Shown here one piece after another: positions 34,740 through 45,360 of a DNA stretch of 51,096 nt (positions are counted from its first letter, which is position 1; each line of letters starts with the position of its first letter). The position numbers and the translations under genes were made by a program. The notes beneath the pieces are model-generated. The model was not told the DNA's origin. It did not search any database and saw nothing but the letters and a program-made list of their open reading frames with translations. Source of the stretch: Corallochytrium limacisporum Hawaii. Taxonomy: Eukaryota > Protista > Pluriformea. The stretch is taken from positions 20,003 through 71,098 of the forward strand of contig PDIP01000065.1 of the NCBI GenBank assembly GCA_002811645.1. Reading direction: 5' to 3'.

Positions 34740-37628
34740 ATGAGCAATATGCCAACACCTTCAGTACCGTTTAGTGCATCACAGCCGGAGCCTGCACACA
34801 GAAAGCTCCTATCATCTCTGCCTGTTACATCCGAAGATGTCACTAAAGAAATCTGTACCAAAGTCGAAGACGTGCGTGGAGGTTTGTATGATCTCCAGGG
34901 CAGAATCGGCGAAACTCGAGACCTTCTGTCGATATTTGCTCAGAAGAACGAGAGCACCGTAACAGTGAACACTGCCAACGAAGCGCTGAAAAGCCTGGAC
35001 AACCTGGTTGGGCGTTACCATATGGATTTGCTGGTTGTGGAACGGGACTTTACAGAAATTTTGTCGCGGGAAATATCAGATTCGCAGATGACTTCCATGC
35101 ACCAGGTCCAGACCAATCCCACCCGGGCCTCGACAGCGACGGTGGTGCAGGGCATGGTTGCAGGAGTGGGAGAACAAAAGCTCGCAAACGCGGATCCTGC
35201 TTACGATGAAGTGAAATACCCAAACATTGGCTCCTTACCGTCTCCGGAGCAAATGGTCGAACGACTGTTGTGGTGGTTTTCCTGTAGGCGAGTTGAGGAT
35301 GCAGTGGATACTTTGCAGTCGCTACGGGATCTCCTGGACACGGTGGCAGAGAATGAGCAGCAGGAATTGGAGGAAAATATGCAAGATCTATTCCGGCGCC
35401 TACGACAGTCCATCAATCGAAACAGTGAGGCCCTTGGGCTTCTGGAGAAAGACAGTGTTCTACTAGACGAGGCCCGGGAGCGGCTGTCGGGGGCTCAACG
35501 TGACACATGCAATAGTCTGACCCCGAAGTATCAATGGAAGCCTGTCGAGGAAGCTGGTCTGTTCGATACAATCGCTAGCAGTGTAGGTGGCATTCTCCTC
35601 TCAGGTGGTTCAGGATCAGGCATACCGGACAAGTTCCGAAAGCAGATTCGAGCTTACACAGCCACAACCCACCGAGCTGATAGCAAACGGTACATACTAA
35701 AAGGAGGTAGCATTGCTATGCGCTTTGACGGTAAAGTGAAGTGTCGCCCAGACACCTTCATGGCTCTAATTTGGGATTGCAACAAGTATGACTCCTGGGT
35801 TCCTTTTGCCAAGACTGTCCGAGTGGTTGAGCGGGAAGAAAGTGAAATTTCCCAAATTTTCAGTGTGCGACTGCTTATCGGTGTTCTTAGGCGCCAGATC
35901 AAACTGCGGGTGCAGTACTATGACTTGCTGACAAAGGACGGCAGTATGCTTTTCACTTTCACACCTCTGACCGAGGAGGAAAAGACCACAGAGTTTGCGG
36001 GCAAGGCATCCTGGCGAGAGATTCACGTCGAGCACTTGGATTTACAGTACTGGCCTGCGTCGGGAAGTATCAAGGCAAGTGTTTGCTTGGATCCACAGAC
36101 TCCAGGTTCAAAGAGCATCACCAATCTGTTTGCGGAAGGCGGGGTGCTCTTCCTGCACGCCTTGCAAACAGAGGCACACAAGTACGAAACACGTCTTTCA
36201 CCGAACGGACTCATTGCTCACACGTTCCTTACCACTCGTCTCAATCGCATTGCTGGCAGTAGTCGTAGTCGGACCATGCTGCAGAGACTGCTGAAGGTCT
36301 TAGCTGAGAACGAGCAGGAGGTGGTTCGGGCGTCAACGATTAACCCTGCAGCTGTAGAGGCAGCCCTCGAGGAAGTCCATGCCAGTGAGCGGCGCATGAT
36401 TACCACTCAGCTGTCAGAGACCGTGTCTGAAGATAGCACAGTGGAAGCAACCCCAATTGTTCGCAAAGCAGAAGAGTTGGCGTCATACTTAGACAATCGG
36501 CAATACTTACATGCGGCTACTGCACTGAAGGAGTATGAGAGCATGCTGTCATCCACAGTTGTGGAACCCTCGGAGGAGGACAGGGACAAGGCGAAAGAGA
36601 TGCTGGTGCATCACGAGCGCCTATTGAAGATTGTTCCGGAACGGGCTGAATATTTGAACTCGATGTTAGACGAGATGTTAGAAACGGGCAGTGGATGGTC
36701 AAAGGGTCCTGAGTCAAAGCACTCGTCCGTGCTTTATAAAACTATGCCCGACGGTACCCTCACCGTCAAAGTCCGCTCTGAGCTAGAGAATGTGGACATT
36801 CGGACCTTCCTGGCCGTGTTTTACGAGGTCGATCTATTTCATCACTGGCTACCGTTCTGCTCTGCCTCTTCACTGCTCAAGGCAGTAGACAAGGCCGAAT
36901 TGATTATGGGCCACGACATGGCGCTACCCTTGATGCCCAAGTCTGCCGTCGCGAAGGCCTGGGGTGGTGATGTCCTCGACGAGCATGGTGCCATTTTCTT
37001 CGCAACCCGATCTGTGCGGGAGTCTGAAGAGTTTCCGCCCCCGGAAAATGAAATTGTGTACCATAATCTCTTCATCACACTGCAGCCGGATCGGGATATC
37101 AACTCAGACAGAGTGGTCGCCTCTTTCTTAATGAATCTTGACCCCATGATTCCAGGCATTCCTCAGTTCATGATCAACCGCAGCATTCAGCAATTGGTGC
37201 CCCGAATCTTTGCAGCCGCACAACAGCAGGCAGAGAAGATCCGTGACGAGGAGGGATACATTTACAATCAACGGATCGCGGAGAAATCATACTTTTACGA
37301 TTGGATCAACCAGCGCTACGTTGACTGGTGTGATGTATCCAAATCTGGCGGAGGATCCGTAAGTCGGGTGAGTATTTCGAGCTTTGAGCGAATCTCCAAA
37401 GATTCCCCTGACCTGACCCTCAACCGTCGCTACGGTGCGAGTCAGCAAGTGGCTCTGGCAGTGGCGCAATCACACGAGGCAGCCAAGGTTGCTCACCACG
37501 CTCTCTTGGCTGCCTTTGCCTTTGTGTTTCAGGAGAGCTCTCCTGAAGCTGAAAAGGCTAGACTGGCTGTGTTCGTGTCTTCAGCGGTGACGACACTGTT
37601 GTGTGCGCTGGTTGTTATGATTATATGA
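34740..37628 (+). CDS. Tandem START/SRPBCC-like lipid-binding protein with N-terminal coiled coil and C-terminal membrane anchor
   Basis: Two related segments: MRFDGKVKCRPDTFMALIWDCNKYDSWVPF and VKVRSELENVDIRTFLAVFYEVDLFHHWLPFC..NLDPMIPGIPQFMIN. Hydrophobic C-terminus AVFVSSAVTTLLCALVVMII. Confidence 0.65.
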   Translation: MSNMPTPSVPFSASQPEPAHRKLLSSLPVTSEDVTKEICTKVEDVRGGLYDLQGRIGETRDLLSIFAQKNESTVTVNTANEALKSLDNLVGRYHMDLLVVERDFTEILSREISDSQMTSMHQVQTNPTRASTATVVQGMVAGVGEQKLANADPAYDEVKYPNIGSLPSPEQMVERLLWWFSCRRVEDAVDTLQSLRDLLDTVAENEQQELEENMQDLFRRLRQSINRNSEALGLLEKDSVLLDEARERLSGAQRDTCNSLTPKYQWKPVEEAGLFDTIASSVGGILLSGGSGSGIPDKFRKQIRAYTATTHRADSKRYILKGGSIAMRFDGKVKCRPDTFMALIWDCNKYDSWVPFAKTVRVVEREESEISQIFSVRLLIGVLRRQIKLRVQYYDLLTKDGSMLFTFTPLTEEEKTTEFAGKASWREIHVEHLDLQYWPASGSIKASVCLDPQTPGSKSITNLFAEGGVLFLHALQTEAHKYETRLSPNGLIAHTFLTTRLNRIAGSSRSRTMLQRLLKVLAENEQEVVRASTINPAAVEAALEEVHASERRMITTQLSETVSEDSTVEATPIVRKAEELASYLDNRQYLHAATALKEYESMLSSTVVEPSEEDRDKAKEMLVHHERLLKIVPERAEYLNSMLDEMLETGSGWSKGPESKHSSVLYKTMPDGTLTVKVRSELENVDIRTFLAVFYEVDLFHHWLPFCSASSLLKAVDKAELIMGHDMALPLMPKSAVAKAWGGDVLDEHGAIFFATRSVRESEEFPPPENEIVYHNLFITLQPDRDINSDRVVASFLMNLDPMIPGIPQFMINRSIQQLVPRIFAAAQQQAEKIRDEEGYIYNQRIAEKSYFYDWINQRYVDWCDVSKSGGGSVSRVSISSFERISKDSPDLTLNRRYGASQQVALAVAQSHEAAKVAHHALLAAFAFVFQESSPEAEKARLAVFVSSAVTTLLCALVVMII

Positions 37629-37818
37629 ACAGAAGTTAGAATATAAAGAGATAATCACATGCTGAAGGATTCTATTTTGTACAGAGCGTCCTAGTGACGT
37701 TCATCCACCACGATGAGCGGCATTCTATGCAGTTTGAAGAATGAAACTGCCAGTATATTCTCAATCGCCGAAAGCACCATTTGTTCCAACCCTTAAGAGT
37801 CTTTATATCTTGCAGGAC

Positions 37819-39801
37819 TCAAGAAGTCTCAGCCGAATCACGGGGTTGCGAGCGCACCATCTTGGCGTAAACCCCAACGGCGAATACTCCGACCGCAGCC
37901 GCAACCCCTGCCGAGGCTCCAACAACCAGAGCAACGTTGACAGTGCTGCTCGCAGTGGCAGCTGCTGTAGCTGTGTTACTGCTACCGGTGGAGGCCTCAG
38001 AATAATCGGGCAAATCAGACTCTACGTTATCGTCATTGCATTCAGGACAGTTGGGGCACTCGCCGGGGGTCTGACCACCGGGCAGCACATCCACAGCAAC
38101 GTCGTATATCCTACCTTCTTTCCGGTCTCTCCAGATGTTGGAGTGGCGTCCAATATACGCCTGTAAGACGTCAGAATCTAGACCTCCCTGTTCGTACAAA
38201 GCAATGACATTTTCACCGTCACGTTCAAACATTTCGAAGCCATCACCACCATCGGCAATAAAATTGGTCGTGACAACATCATACATCTGGTCGTCATCGA
38301 CAGGGGAGTAAGAGGGACTCAGGCAGTTGCCGCAACGTGCCTCCAGAGAGATCAGGCGGGGTTCACCTTCGGGTCTACTGGAGTCGTAGATGACTCGCAG
38401 GCCGGAGACCTGGAAGAAGCGACCCGGCAGTCCCTCACCAAGATCGTTGACTGCGCTGTACGCGAATTCTATAGCCTCTCTCAAGATGGAACCTTTCATA
38501 CGCAACAATGTGAGAGTGCCGCGGAATGGTTGGACGGATATAATGTCACCGACAAGGATGTGGCCCCTACCAAGGGAAGAGCGAATGCTGCCACCGTTTG
38601 CTAGAGCGATAGGGGCAATGTTCCAGTTTCCTTCGCCAGTGGCAGCCTGTTCCTCTTTGTCGGACAAAGAGTTCACGTGCCAGTCAACCCAGGCGTCAGC
38701 GATCAGATTGCCCATAGAGCATTCCTCTCGGCGGCAAAAGGCAGTGTCACCATCCAGGTTGGTGACAGTGCGACCAACTTCTACTGTCGAGAACTCCTCC
38801 ACCTCGTCCATAATGGGCCCAAGAAGGTCCAGAACAGACTGATCCTGGACCACGGCGGCATCCAGCAAGATTGGGTTGGAATCGGCACCAATGCCGGTAA
38901 TTTCACCGGTGGCATCATCAATGCTGAGCTCCAGATGACCCAGATACTTACCAAAGGTGAAATCCTGGACAACATAGACTATCTTGCCAGGGACTGCAGT
39001 GCTCTCAATTCTCAAGGGGTACTCACCATAGGGCTCTTCGGAGGACGGGGGTTCGCCAGTGTACAAGAACGTATTGGTATGTCCACCGACTACCAGATCT
39101 ACCCCACTGACTTGTTCCGCAATGGAAATCTCCTCCAGAATACCTCCATGACCGAGCGCAATGATGAAGCGTACTCCTTTGGCGATAAGAGCGTCAACTT
39201 CAGTCTGGATAGCTGGAATCATGTCCACGAACTCGACGTAGGGCCCAGGAGACGCAATAAAGTTAGTTTCCGGTGTTGTGAATCCAACGATGCCAACCTT
39301 GAAACCATCAGCCATTGTCAAAACGGTGGAAGGATCCCAGACTTCATCAGTCAGATTGGGTTCCTCAGGGCTTACCACCATGTTGGCGGATAGAGCACGG
39401 AAAGAAATATTGTCAAGCAAATTCTTGCGCAGAACTTCTGTGCCGAGGTCAAACTCATGATTTCCCAGTCCCATTGCATCGTAGCCGACGGCCTCCATCA
39501 TTTGAGCTGCCACGAGTCCTTCAAAGACGGTAAAGATGAGAGTGCCCTGAAACTGGTCACCACCGTCTAGCAGCAGAACATTTTCTGCTCCTTTGGTGGC
39601 CCTGATCTCATCTACTTTGGTCTTTATCCGGGCCATGCCACCAAAGCAATTTCCATCTGCGGATTCTTGCGCATTACAGTCGCTGAAGAACTTATTGAAC
39701 TCTACATAATGTGCATGAATATCGTTGGTGTGTAAAATCGTTAAATCACGGGCAGCAACCCCAATTGCGAAAGCGGCGACGGAAGCAAAGAAGAACTTCA
39801 T
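37819..39801 (-). CDS. Ecto-5'-nucleotidase/apyrase (CD73-like) with signal peptide and C-terminal TM helix
   Basis: Signal peptide MKFFFASVAAFAIGVAA (ATG 39801). Metallophosphoesterase motifs HTNDIH, DGGDQFQGT, GNHEFD, LGHGG, GGHTN. C-domain CRREECSMGNLIADA, NGGSIR, FFQVSGL, GGDGF. S/T/A linker then a hydrophobic helix. Confidence 0.93.
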   Translation of the reverse strand: MKFFFASVAAFAIGVAARDLTILHTNDIHAHYVEFNKFFSDCNAQESADGNCFGGMARIKTKVDEIRATKGAENVLLLDGGDQFQGTLIFTVFEGLVAAQMMEAVGYDAMGLGNHEFDLGTEVLRKNLLDNISFRALSANMVVSPEEPNLTDEVWDPSTVLTMADGFKVGIVGFTTPETNFIASPGPYVEFVDMIPAIQTEVDALIAKGVRFIIALGHGGILEEISIAEQVSGVDLVVGGHTNTFLYTGEPPSSEEPYGEYPLRIESTAVPGKIVYVVQDFTFGKYLGHLELSIDDATGEITGIGADSNPILLDAAVVQDQSVLDLLGPIMDEVEEFSTVEVGRTVTNLDGDTAFCRREECSMGNLIADAWVDWHVNSLSDKEEQAATGEGNWNIAPIALANGGSIRSSLGRGHILVGDIISVQPFRGTLTLLRMKGSILREAIEFAYSAVNDLGEGLPGRFFQVSGLRVIYDSSRPEGEPRLISLEARCGNCLSPSYSPVDDDQMYDVVTTNFIADGGDGFEMFERDGENVIALYEQGGLDSDVLQAYIGRHSNIWRDRKEGRIYDVAVDVLPGGQTPGECPNCPECNDDNVESDLPDYSEASTGSSNTATAAATASSTVNVALVVGASAGVAAAVGVFAVGVYAKMVRSQPRDSAETS

Positions 39802-42305
39802 TGAGTTGAGCCAGTTGTCCCTGTTCTGCCCTGATCTGAACCTTGCCTTGTCTAAGTGTGATGCAGACGATCTCACCCCGCTATGTAAAATTTCAGATTC
39901 AATTAATAGATACTCTAGTCCCATCTCCACCTGACTAGGGATTTGTTTGCTGTCTATTATTACGGTACTACCTGCTCTCCTTTGTATGGAGCTAATTAAC
40001 ATCAAGGGGTTCACTGACTGCGAACATCCTCATTACAGTGGTAGAGTCTAACACAAAGAAAACTTAATAGATCCATGCAATGGTAAACATTTAGGTTTCA
40101 TGGCAATACATGGATACTACTTTACTGCTTCCCAATCATGGTACCCTCTATCTGAGCCTTCTCACTCTGAAATTATCGTTCTCCCGTGGTCGTGCCTGTT
40201 TGAATCAAGCCGTCCGACAGTGATTCCCTTCCCCCCCTTGACCCCGGACCCGTCCCAAACCACCACTACTAAGGAGTGGCATGGGAATTGGGCCAAGTGG
40301 CTATCATCGCACCACGAGCCCGTTTAGAGGGAGCGGGCGAGGACGTTGGCCGGTGGTAGTTCTTGATGGCTTTACCCGCCTTTTCAAGGAGACAAATTTA
40401 GGCGACGAAATCAGATCAAATGTTTGCTAGCAACATTTAACCAGAGCCTTTTGTGGGCCCCCTATCATTCGCAAATCCGAGATTACGCGTAACATTGGTG
40501 TTCACGTAATGTCCGCAGTGGTAAGCGCAACTGGCTGTGCTCGTCTGGGAAAATCGTCACCAAAACCAAGCCGTAAAACAATCCTCCACCCTAGGTCTGT
40601 CCCAAAATGGGAATCGGGTACCAGCCGTGCCCCACCCAAAGTCCGCATGGATACTTTTCGCCCCGGCGGTGTTTTGGAGTGGGAGGAGCCATACTCTATC
40701 TTTGGGGACTTTGCCGGTGGGGTTAGAGCAAGATCTGTCGGTCGCGCACTGGGAGAGCGCGTGTAAAAACAGAGCCCTTCATCATCACGACTCCGACCCA
40801 CAGCGTATTTCGCTCCTGCGGTTTGATAGATTATACACTTTCAAATTAATGGGAACACATACTGACTTGCCACCAATACGTATTCCAAAGTACACCACTT
40901 AAAGTAGGCACAAAGAGACGGCACAATCCAATCTCTTCTGAGACTCAGCGCCTACCTGGATACGAATCGCAAATGAAAATCGTCAAGTGTTCCATAGGCG
41001 TGTGTGCGCACACCGGCCTGGCACAGATGCCCTAAGGAACTGTTACGTAGCACCGTTCTTGTTCAAGTGTCAGACGTGAAATCTTGGAGCCATCCCTACA
41101 ATTCGTAGAGCTTTGGGTATCTGCTCATTGAGACATACGCAATACATGACATCTGATTGACGACAGTTGGTAGTGTGTTTCCTATTCTGTTTGTTGGCCA
41201 TGTTGCCGTTTCCGATCTTTATTTCCCCGGGGAGGCGACGGGGGGCCGCGGAACAAGGGAGATTGGAATGGGGGAGCCTACCACCATCGGTTTTACGCGC
41301 TTTGGTTTTGCTGTTACGTCGTATTTAAAAGGCCAGAGCAACGGCAATAGGGATACCAACGTACTGTCGTACATTATTTACATACTGTATTATATTAATC
41401 CCCATCCCCACGGTTTCCTTCTTAGCTCTTTCTGGGAGGCTTCCACGGATGAACAGCTTGCCCACTTCCCGCCAGCGGTGATGCAGTGAAGTGAACTTCA
41501 AATCCCTGTGCTGTCCCACCTTTCCCAATCCCTTTCCCCCATTTGCTTCTTCAACCCCCAATGGGGGAACTGGGAGGGGGGTACGAAGCGATCAACCGTC
41601 AGAGTACACCCCCATACGATGGCCTTGCCAAAATATATACCAAATCGGCCTAATTTGTTTGCTCCTTCGGGGTCCTCACAGATGGGGCTCTCGCTTCCCT
41701 GAGATGACAAAGAATTCGGGACTGCGTACAATGCGCAAGCATAGGATTCGTAGCAGTCTTCCCAAAAACACAATTGCGTAAATGATGATGGGAGTTTCTC
41801 ATGATAGAGATAATGAACATACATTTGCGCATGGGTGTCATGACCACATGTTCATGACACCACATATATGGGTCACGGTCGATCAGGTGTCTGTGATGAT
41901 CACCTGCGTGCATACGATGCCACATCGGATCGACGTCTGTGAATGGTAGGATTTCCAAGGTATTGCTGGCTAAGACTTTGTGTTTGGACAGCGTGAAGCT
42001 CACAAAGCTTGTAATCACAATTCTCAGAAAGCCATTTCTCTTTGCATGGCTGCGTTGACTTTTGACTCTGGGGAACACTGTTGAACATCAACAATTAAAT
42101 TCGCACTGTTTGGGAAAGTCTCACTAGTATTTGGTGGCTTGAAGCACTATTCAATGGCATGGTGAACCATGAATCATTAAGCCCGCTGCTTGACAAATCC
42201 GCTCACGCAGAATTCAGTAAGAGGTATTTAAATAGAGGTCAACGCAAGAGTTTCAGCATGAGCAATTGGTTTAGGAGCGGGCTCTATACAAACAGATTGA
42301 CTATA

Positions 42306-44681
42306 ATGATCAGATCATACAGTACATTTACCATACTGTGCATGGGTGTTGCTGCCCAGTTGAATGTCCCTGTGGTCACTGAGTTTCACTATGACAATAT
42401 AGGAACCGACGTGAATGAGTTTGTTGAGGTTTTCGTTCCCTCCAATCTTGCGCCTAGAGACTTCTATGTTGTCTTTTACAATGGCAGCAACAACAAGCAA
42501 TACCACAGTGAGAAAGTTGCAGACTTTGATAAGGCTGATTGTGTATATAACAAGGTCCTTCCCCGCAATGGTGTCCAGAATGGCCCACGCGATGGAATTT
42601 GTCTAGTCCAAACCATTGATGGCATTGATCAAGTTTTGCAATTCATCAGCTACGAAGGTGTGTTGACTGCTGACGATGGTCCCTGTGCTGGTATTACGAG
42701 TATTGATATTGCTGTCAGTGAGGATGGGGATACAGCAGTAGACGGATCACTGTACCTCAGAGACTGTAAAACGAACACGTGGGCTGTACACATTGGTGGA
42801 CTCGACCCAAATACAAGAGGAAGCATACCTGAAATAGATGTCACCTGCAGCGGAAACTCTTCGCCTGAAGTTCCAGAGAAACCCCAGACCATCGTACCCA
42901 TCCATGACATCCAAGGTGCGACTTTTTTCAGCCCCCTGCACGGCCAAAGTGTTACCACTGCGGGAGTAATCACTCACATCAGCTGCTCAGCTCGCTACGC
43001 AAACTGTGATGTTCACCTACAGGCTCCTGATTCCTCGGCAGATAACGACGACGCAACGTCAGAAGCCATTGTAATCTACCGTGGAGATATTGAACTTCTG
43101 CAGGAGTTCAGCGCCGGGGAAGCTGTCTACGTTACAGGCACTGTTGTAGAAGCTTTCGAGTACGGTCAGTCCTTTACTCGGATCGAGACCCTCACAGCCA
43201 CCGGGAAATATTCCGGTTTCACTGACACAACAGTCTCTCCAATACTAATTGGTCTGCAAGGCCGTCCCGTACCTCAGTTCGTCATCGATCCGAGTAGTCC
43301 AAAGCAGAAGGTTGACTACGCCGACCCTGTCCAGGCAATTTCATGGCCATTTAATCCACAGCTCAATGCTATTGACTTCTATGAGTCATTGGAGTATATG
43401 GTTGTTGAGGTTTCCTCTCCCAAACTAGTTGCTGACTGCAATCATTACAATGAAGTCTTCACAGTGACTGATCACGGGTCCGCAGCTGACCCGCCCGTAG
43501 AGGTTGCTGGTCACATATTGCTCCACACTGACGCCGACGGCTATGGTGATTGGAACGCCGAAAAGGTACGGATTCTGGTGGGCTCATGTACTGACGATGC
43601 AGACATCTTTTTCAGCCGGGGCGCTGTGCTCGAGAACGTGGTTGGCTTTGTTGAGTTTTCTTTTGGACTCTATGGGGTCAAGCCCCTCCAGGCAGTTATC
43701 ATCGCTTCTCAGTCCAACGAACCTGCCGCTGATACGGACAATCGTGTGACTAGCAAAATCGATTGCTCCAGTTCTGCTGTTGGAGCTGCTGTTAGCATAG
43801 CGACCTATAATATGCTGAACTTGTCACCAGTAGAAGACGACGATGCGCAGATGCACAAGCTCGCCAGTCAGATTGCTGGTCCCATGGACAGCCCCGCCAT
43901 CTTAGGCCTACAGGAAGTGCAAGACAACGATGGTGATTACAAGAACACTCCCAGTGGACAAACTGATGTCGTAAGTGCCGATCAGACTCTTTCCAAACTT
44001 CGCGATCTCATTGCTGAGGCTGGAGGTGCCATGTACAACTTTGTCGACATTTACCCGGATTCCTACGGTGGAGACACAGGGGGCATCCCTGGTGGCCACA
44101 TTCGAAATGTGTTTATGTGGCGTGAGGACTGTGTGGATTTTGTGGAAGCTTTTCCGCTGTCCCCTGAACTGTTTGAAGGCACTCGTCGTCCAGTGCTAGG
44201 CCACTTTCGTAAGGCTGGTGTCGAGTTTGATGTGCTCAATGTGCATTTTCCGAGTCGATCCGGCTCTGGCGGATTATTCGAGAATGTACAGCCATTCCCA
44301 CAAGGTGGTGCGGCTGACGGTAAAGTTCAGGCCCAATTCATCCACGACTTCGTGCAAAAGAATCATCGAGAGACAGTTGTACATGGAGATTTTAACACTT
44401 TCGAAACTGTTGCCGATCTCACTGAGATTCTACCCGGCACCGGAGCAAACCAGGTACTGTTTCCGTTGTTCTCCACTGAACCCAATCCTCAAGATGTGTA
44501 TACCTATGAATTCCAAGGAAATTCTCAGGTTTTGGATCACTTCTTTGTCACCAAGAAGATGCAAGAGGCAGGATCATATGTCGACTATATGCACCTTAAT
44601 GTGCACTACCTGGAGGATAGCGTTGTTGCCAGTGACCATGATCCCATTGTGGCGTTTATCGCGATTCCCCAACCCGAATAG
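42306..44681 (+). CDS. Secreted nuclease, ExeM/NucH-like architecture (lamin-tail domain + OB fold + exonuclease/endonuclease/phosphatase domain)
   Basis: Likely signal peptide MIRSYSTFTILCMGVAA (ATG 42306; the ORF is open from 42159). LTD: TEFHYDNIGTDVNEFVEV..QNGPRDGICLV..QFISYEG. OB fold: IHDIQG..SPLHGQSVTTAGVIT. EEP motifs ATYNMLN, LQEVQD, GDFN, VLDH, SDHDP. Confidence 0.9.
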   Translation: MIRSYSTFTILCMGVAAQLNVPVVTEFHYDNIGTDVNEFVEVFVPSNLAPRDFYVVFYNGSNNKQYHSEKVADFDKADCVYNKVLPRNGVQNGPRDGICLVQTIDGIDQVLQFISYEGVLTADDGPCAGITSIDIAVSEDGDTAVDGSLYLRDCKTNTWAVHIGGLDPNTRGSIPEIDVTCSGNSSPEVPEKPQTIVPIHDIQGATFFSPLHGQSVTTAGVITHISCSARYANCDVHLQAPDSSADNDDATSEAIVIYRGDIELLQEFSAGEAVYVTGTVVEAFEYGQSFTRIETLTATGKYSGFTDTTVSPILIGLQGRPVPQFVIDPSSPKQKVDYADPVQAISWPFNPQLNAIDFYESLEYMVVEVSSPKLVADCNHYNEVFTVTDHGSAADPPVEVAGHILLHTDADGYGDWNAEKVRILVGSCTDDADIFFSRGAVLENVVGFVEFSFGLYGVKPLQAVIIASQSNEPAADTDNRVTSKIDCSSSAVGAAVSIATYNMLNLSPVEDDDAQMHKLASQIAGPMDSPAILGLQEVQDNDGDYKNTPSGQTDVVSADQTLSKLRDLIAEAGGAMYNFVDIYPDSYGGDTGGIPGGHIRNVFMWREDCVDFVEAFPLSPELFEGTRRPVLGHFRKAGVEFDVLNVHFPSRSGSGGLFENVQPFPQGGAADGKVQAQFIHDFVQKNHRETVVHGDFNTFETVADLTEILPGTGANQVLFPLFSTEPNPQDVYTYEFQGNSQVLDHFFVTKKMQEAGSYVDYMHLNVHYLEDSVVASDHDPIVAFIAIPQPE

Positions 44682-44850
44682 CCATGGTAATGGCACTCCT
44701 GTTGATTGAGAGCGAATACCCAACTATGCGCAACTCCGGAGCTAGTGATCCTGATTTGGATGGCTGTATTAGATTGATGATAGGAAATTGGATTCCCTTT
44801 GGAAATCAATGTAGGTGCCACAAGACAGGTGAGGGATACCATATGGAACA

Positions 44851-45360
44851 TTAGTTCTCAAGACACTCTACTTCGTATTCCAGATAACACTGGTAGCCAT
44901 GCTTAGTCTCACTCCAGGTTGTGTTCAATATTTGGATGTTATTTGGCTGAAGGTAGGGACGGATTTCAATATCTTTCTCCACCCAGGGAACTACACTTTC
45001 AAAATCACCGGAAGCATTGATGATGCGTAAAAATTGCGAAGCTTTCGGAGACTGGGATCCAGCCGTATACTCAAATTCATAGCTGCCCTCCCACTCGATT
45101 GCGCAACCTGAGGTTGTTGTCACTCGCGTTGGGCTCCAGAATGTCGTTTCATCAGGGTAAATATCAAATTCCAGATCTTGACGACGACAATCGGACCCAG
45201 CTTTAGAGCAGGCGTTCTTGACCACATTGTAGCGGAATTTCGCACAAGCAGGATCATCGGTGGCCACCTCCTGTGCAATCGGTTGGGCACTAACGTTACT
45301 CGTCAGCATCGTGACTACCAAACCCAACAATGCCTTACAAACGTTTTGTGTACCAATCAT
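44851..45360 (-). CDS. Small secreted cysteine-containing protein, unknown function
   Basis: 169 aa from ATG. Signal-peptide-like ALLGLVVTMLTSNVSA|Q, several Cys in the mature part, globular composition. Ends 169 nt from the convergent nuclease stop, like the other gene pairs. Confidence 0.7.
   Translation of the reverse strand: MIGTQNVCKALLGLVVTMLTSNVSAQPIAQEVATDDPACAKFRYNVVKNACSKAGSDCRRQDLEFDIYPDETTFWSPTRVTTTSGCAIEWEGSYEFEYTAGSQSPKASQFLRIINASGDFESVVPWVEKDIEIRPYLQPNNIQILNTTWSETKHGYQCYLEYEVECLEN

Noticed and set aside
39802-42305. Search for Pho4-type CACGTG boxes in the nuclease/nucleotidase spacer
   Set aside because: None found by eye (only CACGTA, CACATG and a CAGGTG/CACCTG pair near 41.85-41.9 kb), so phosphate regulation has no motif support.
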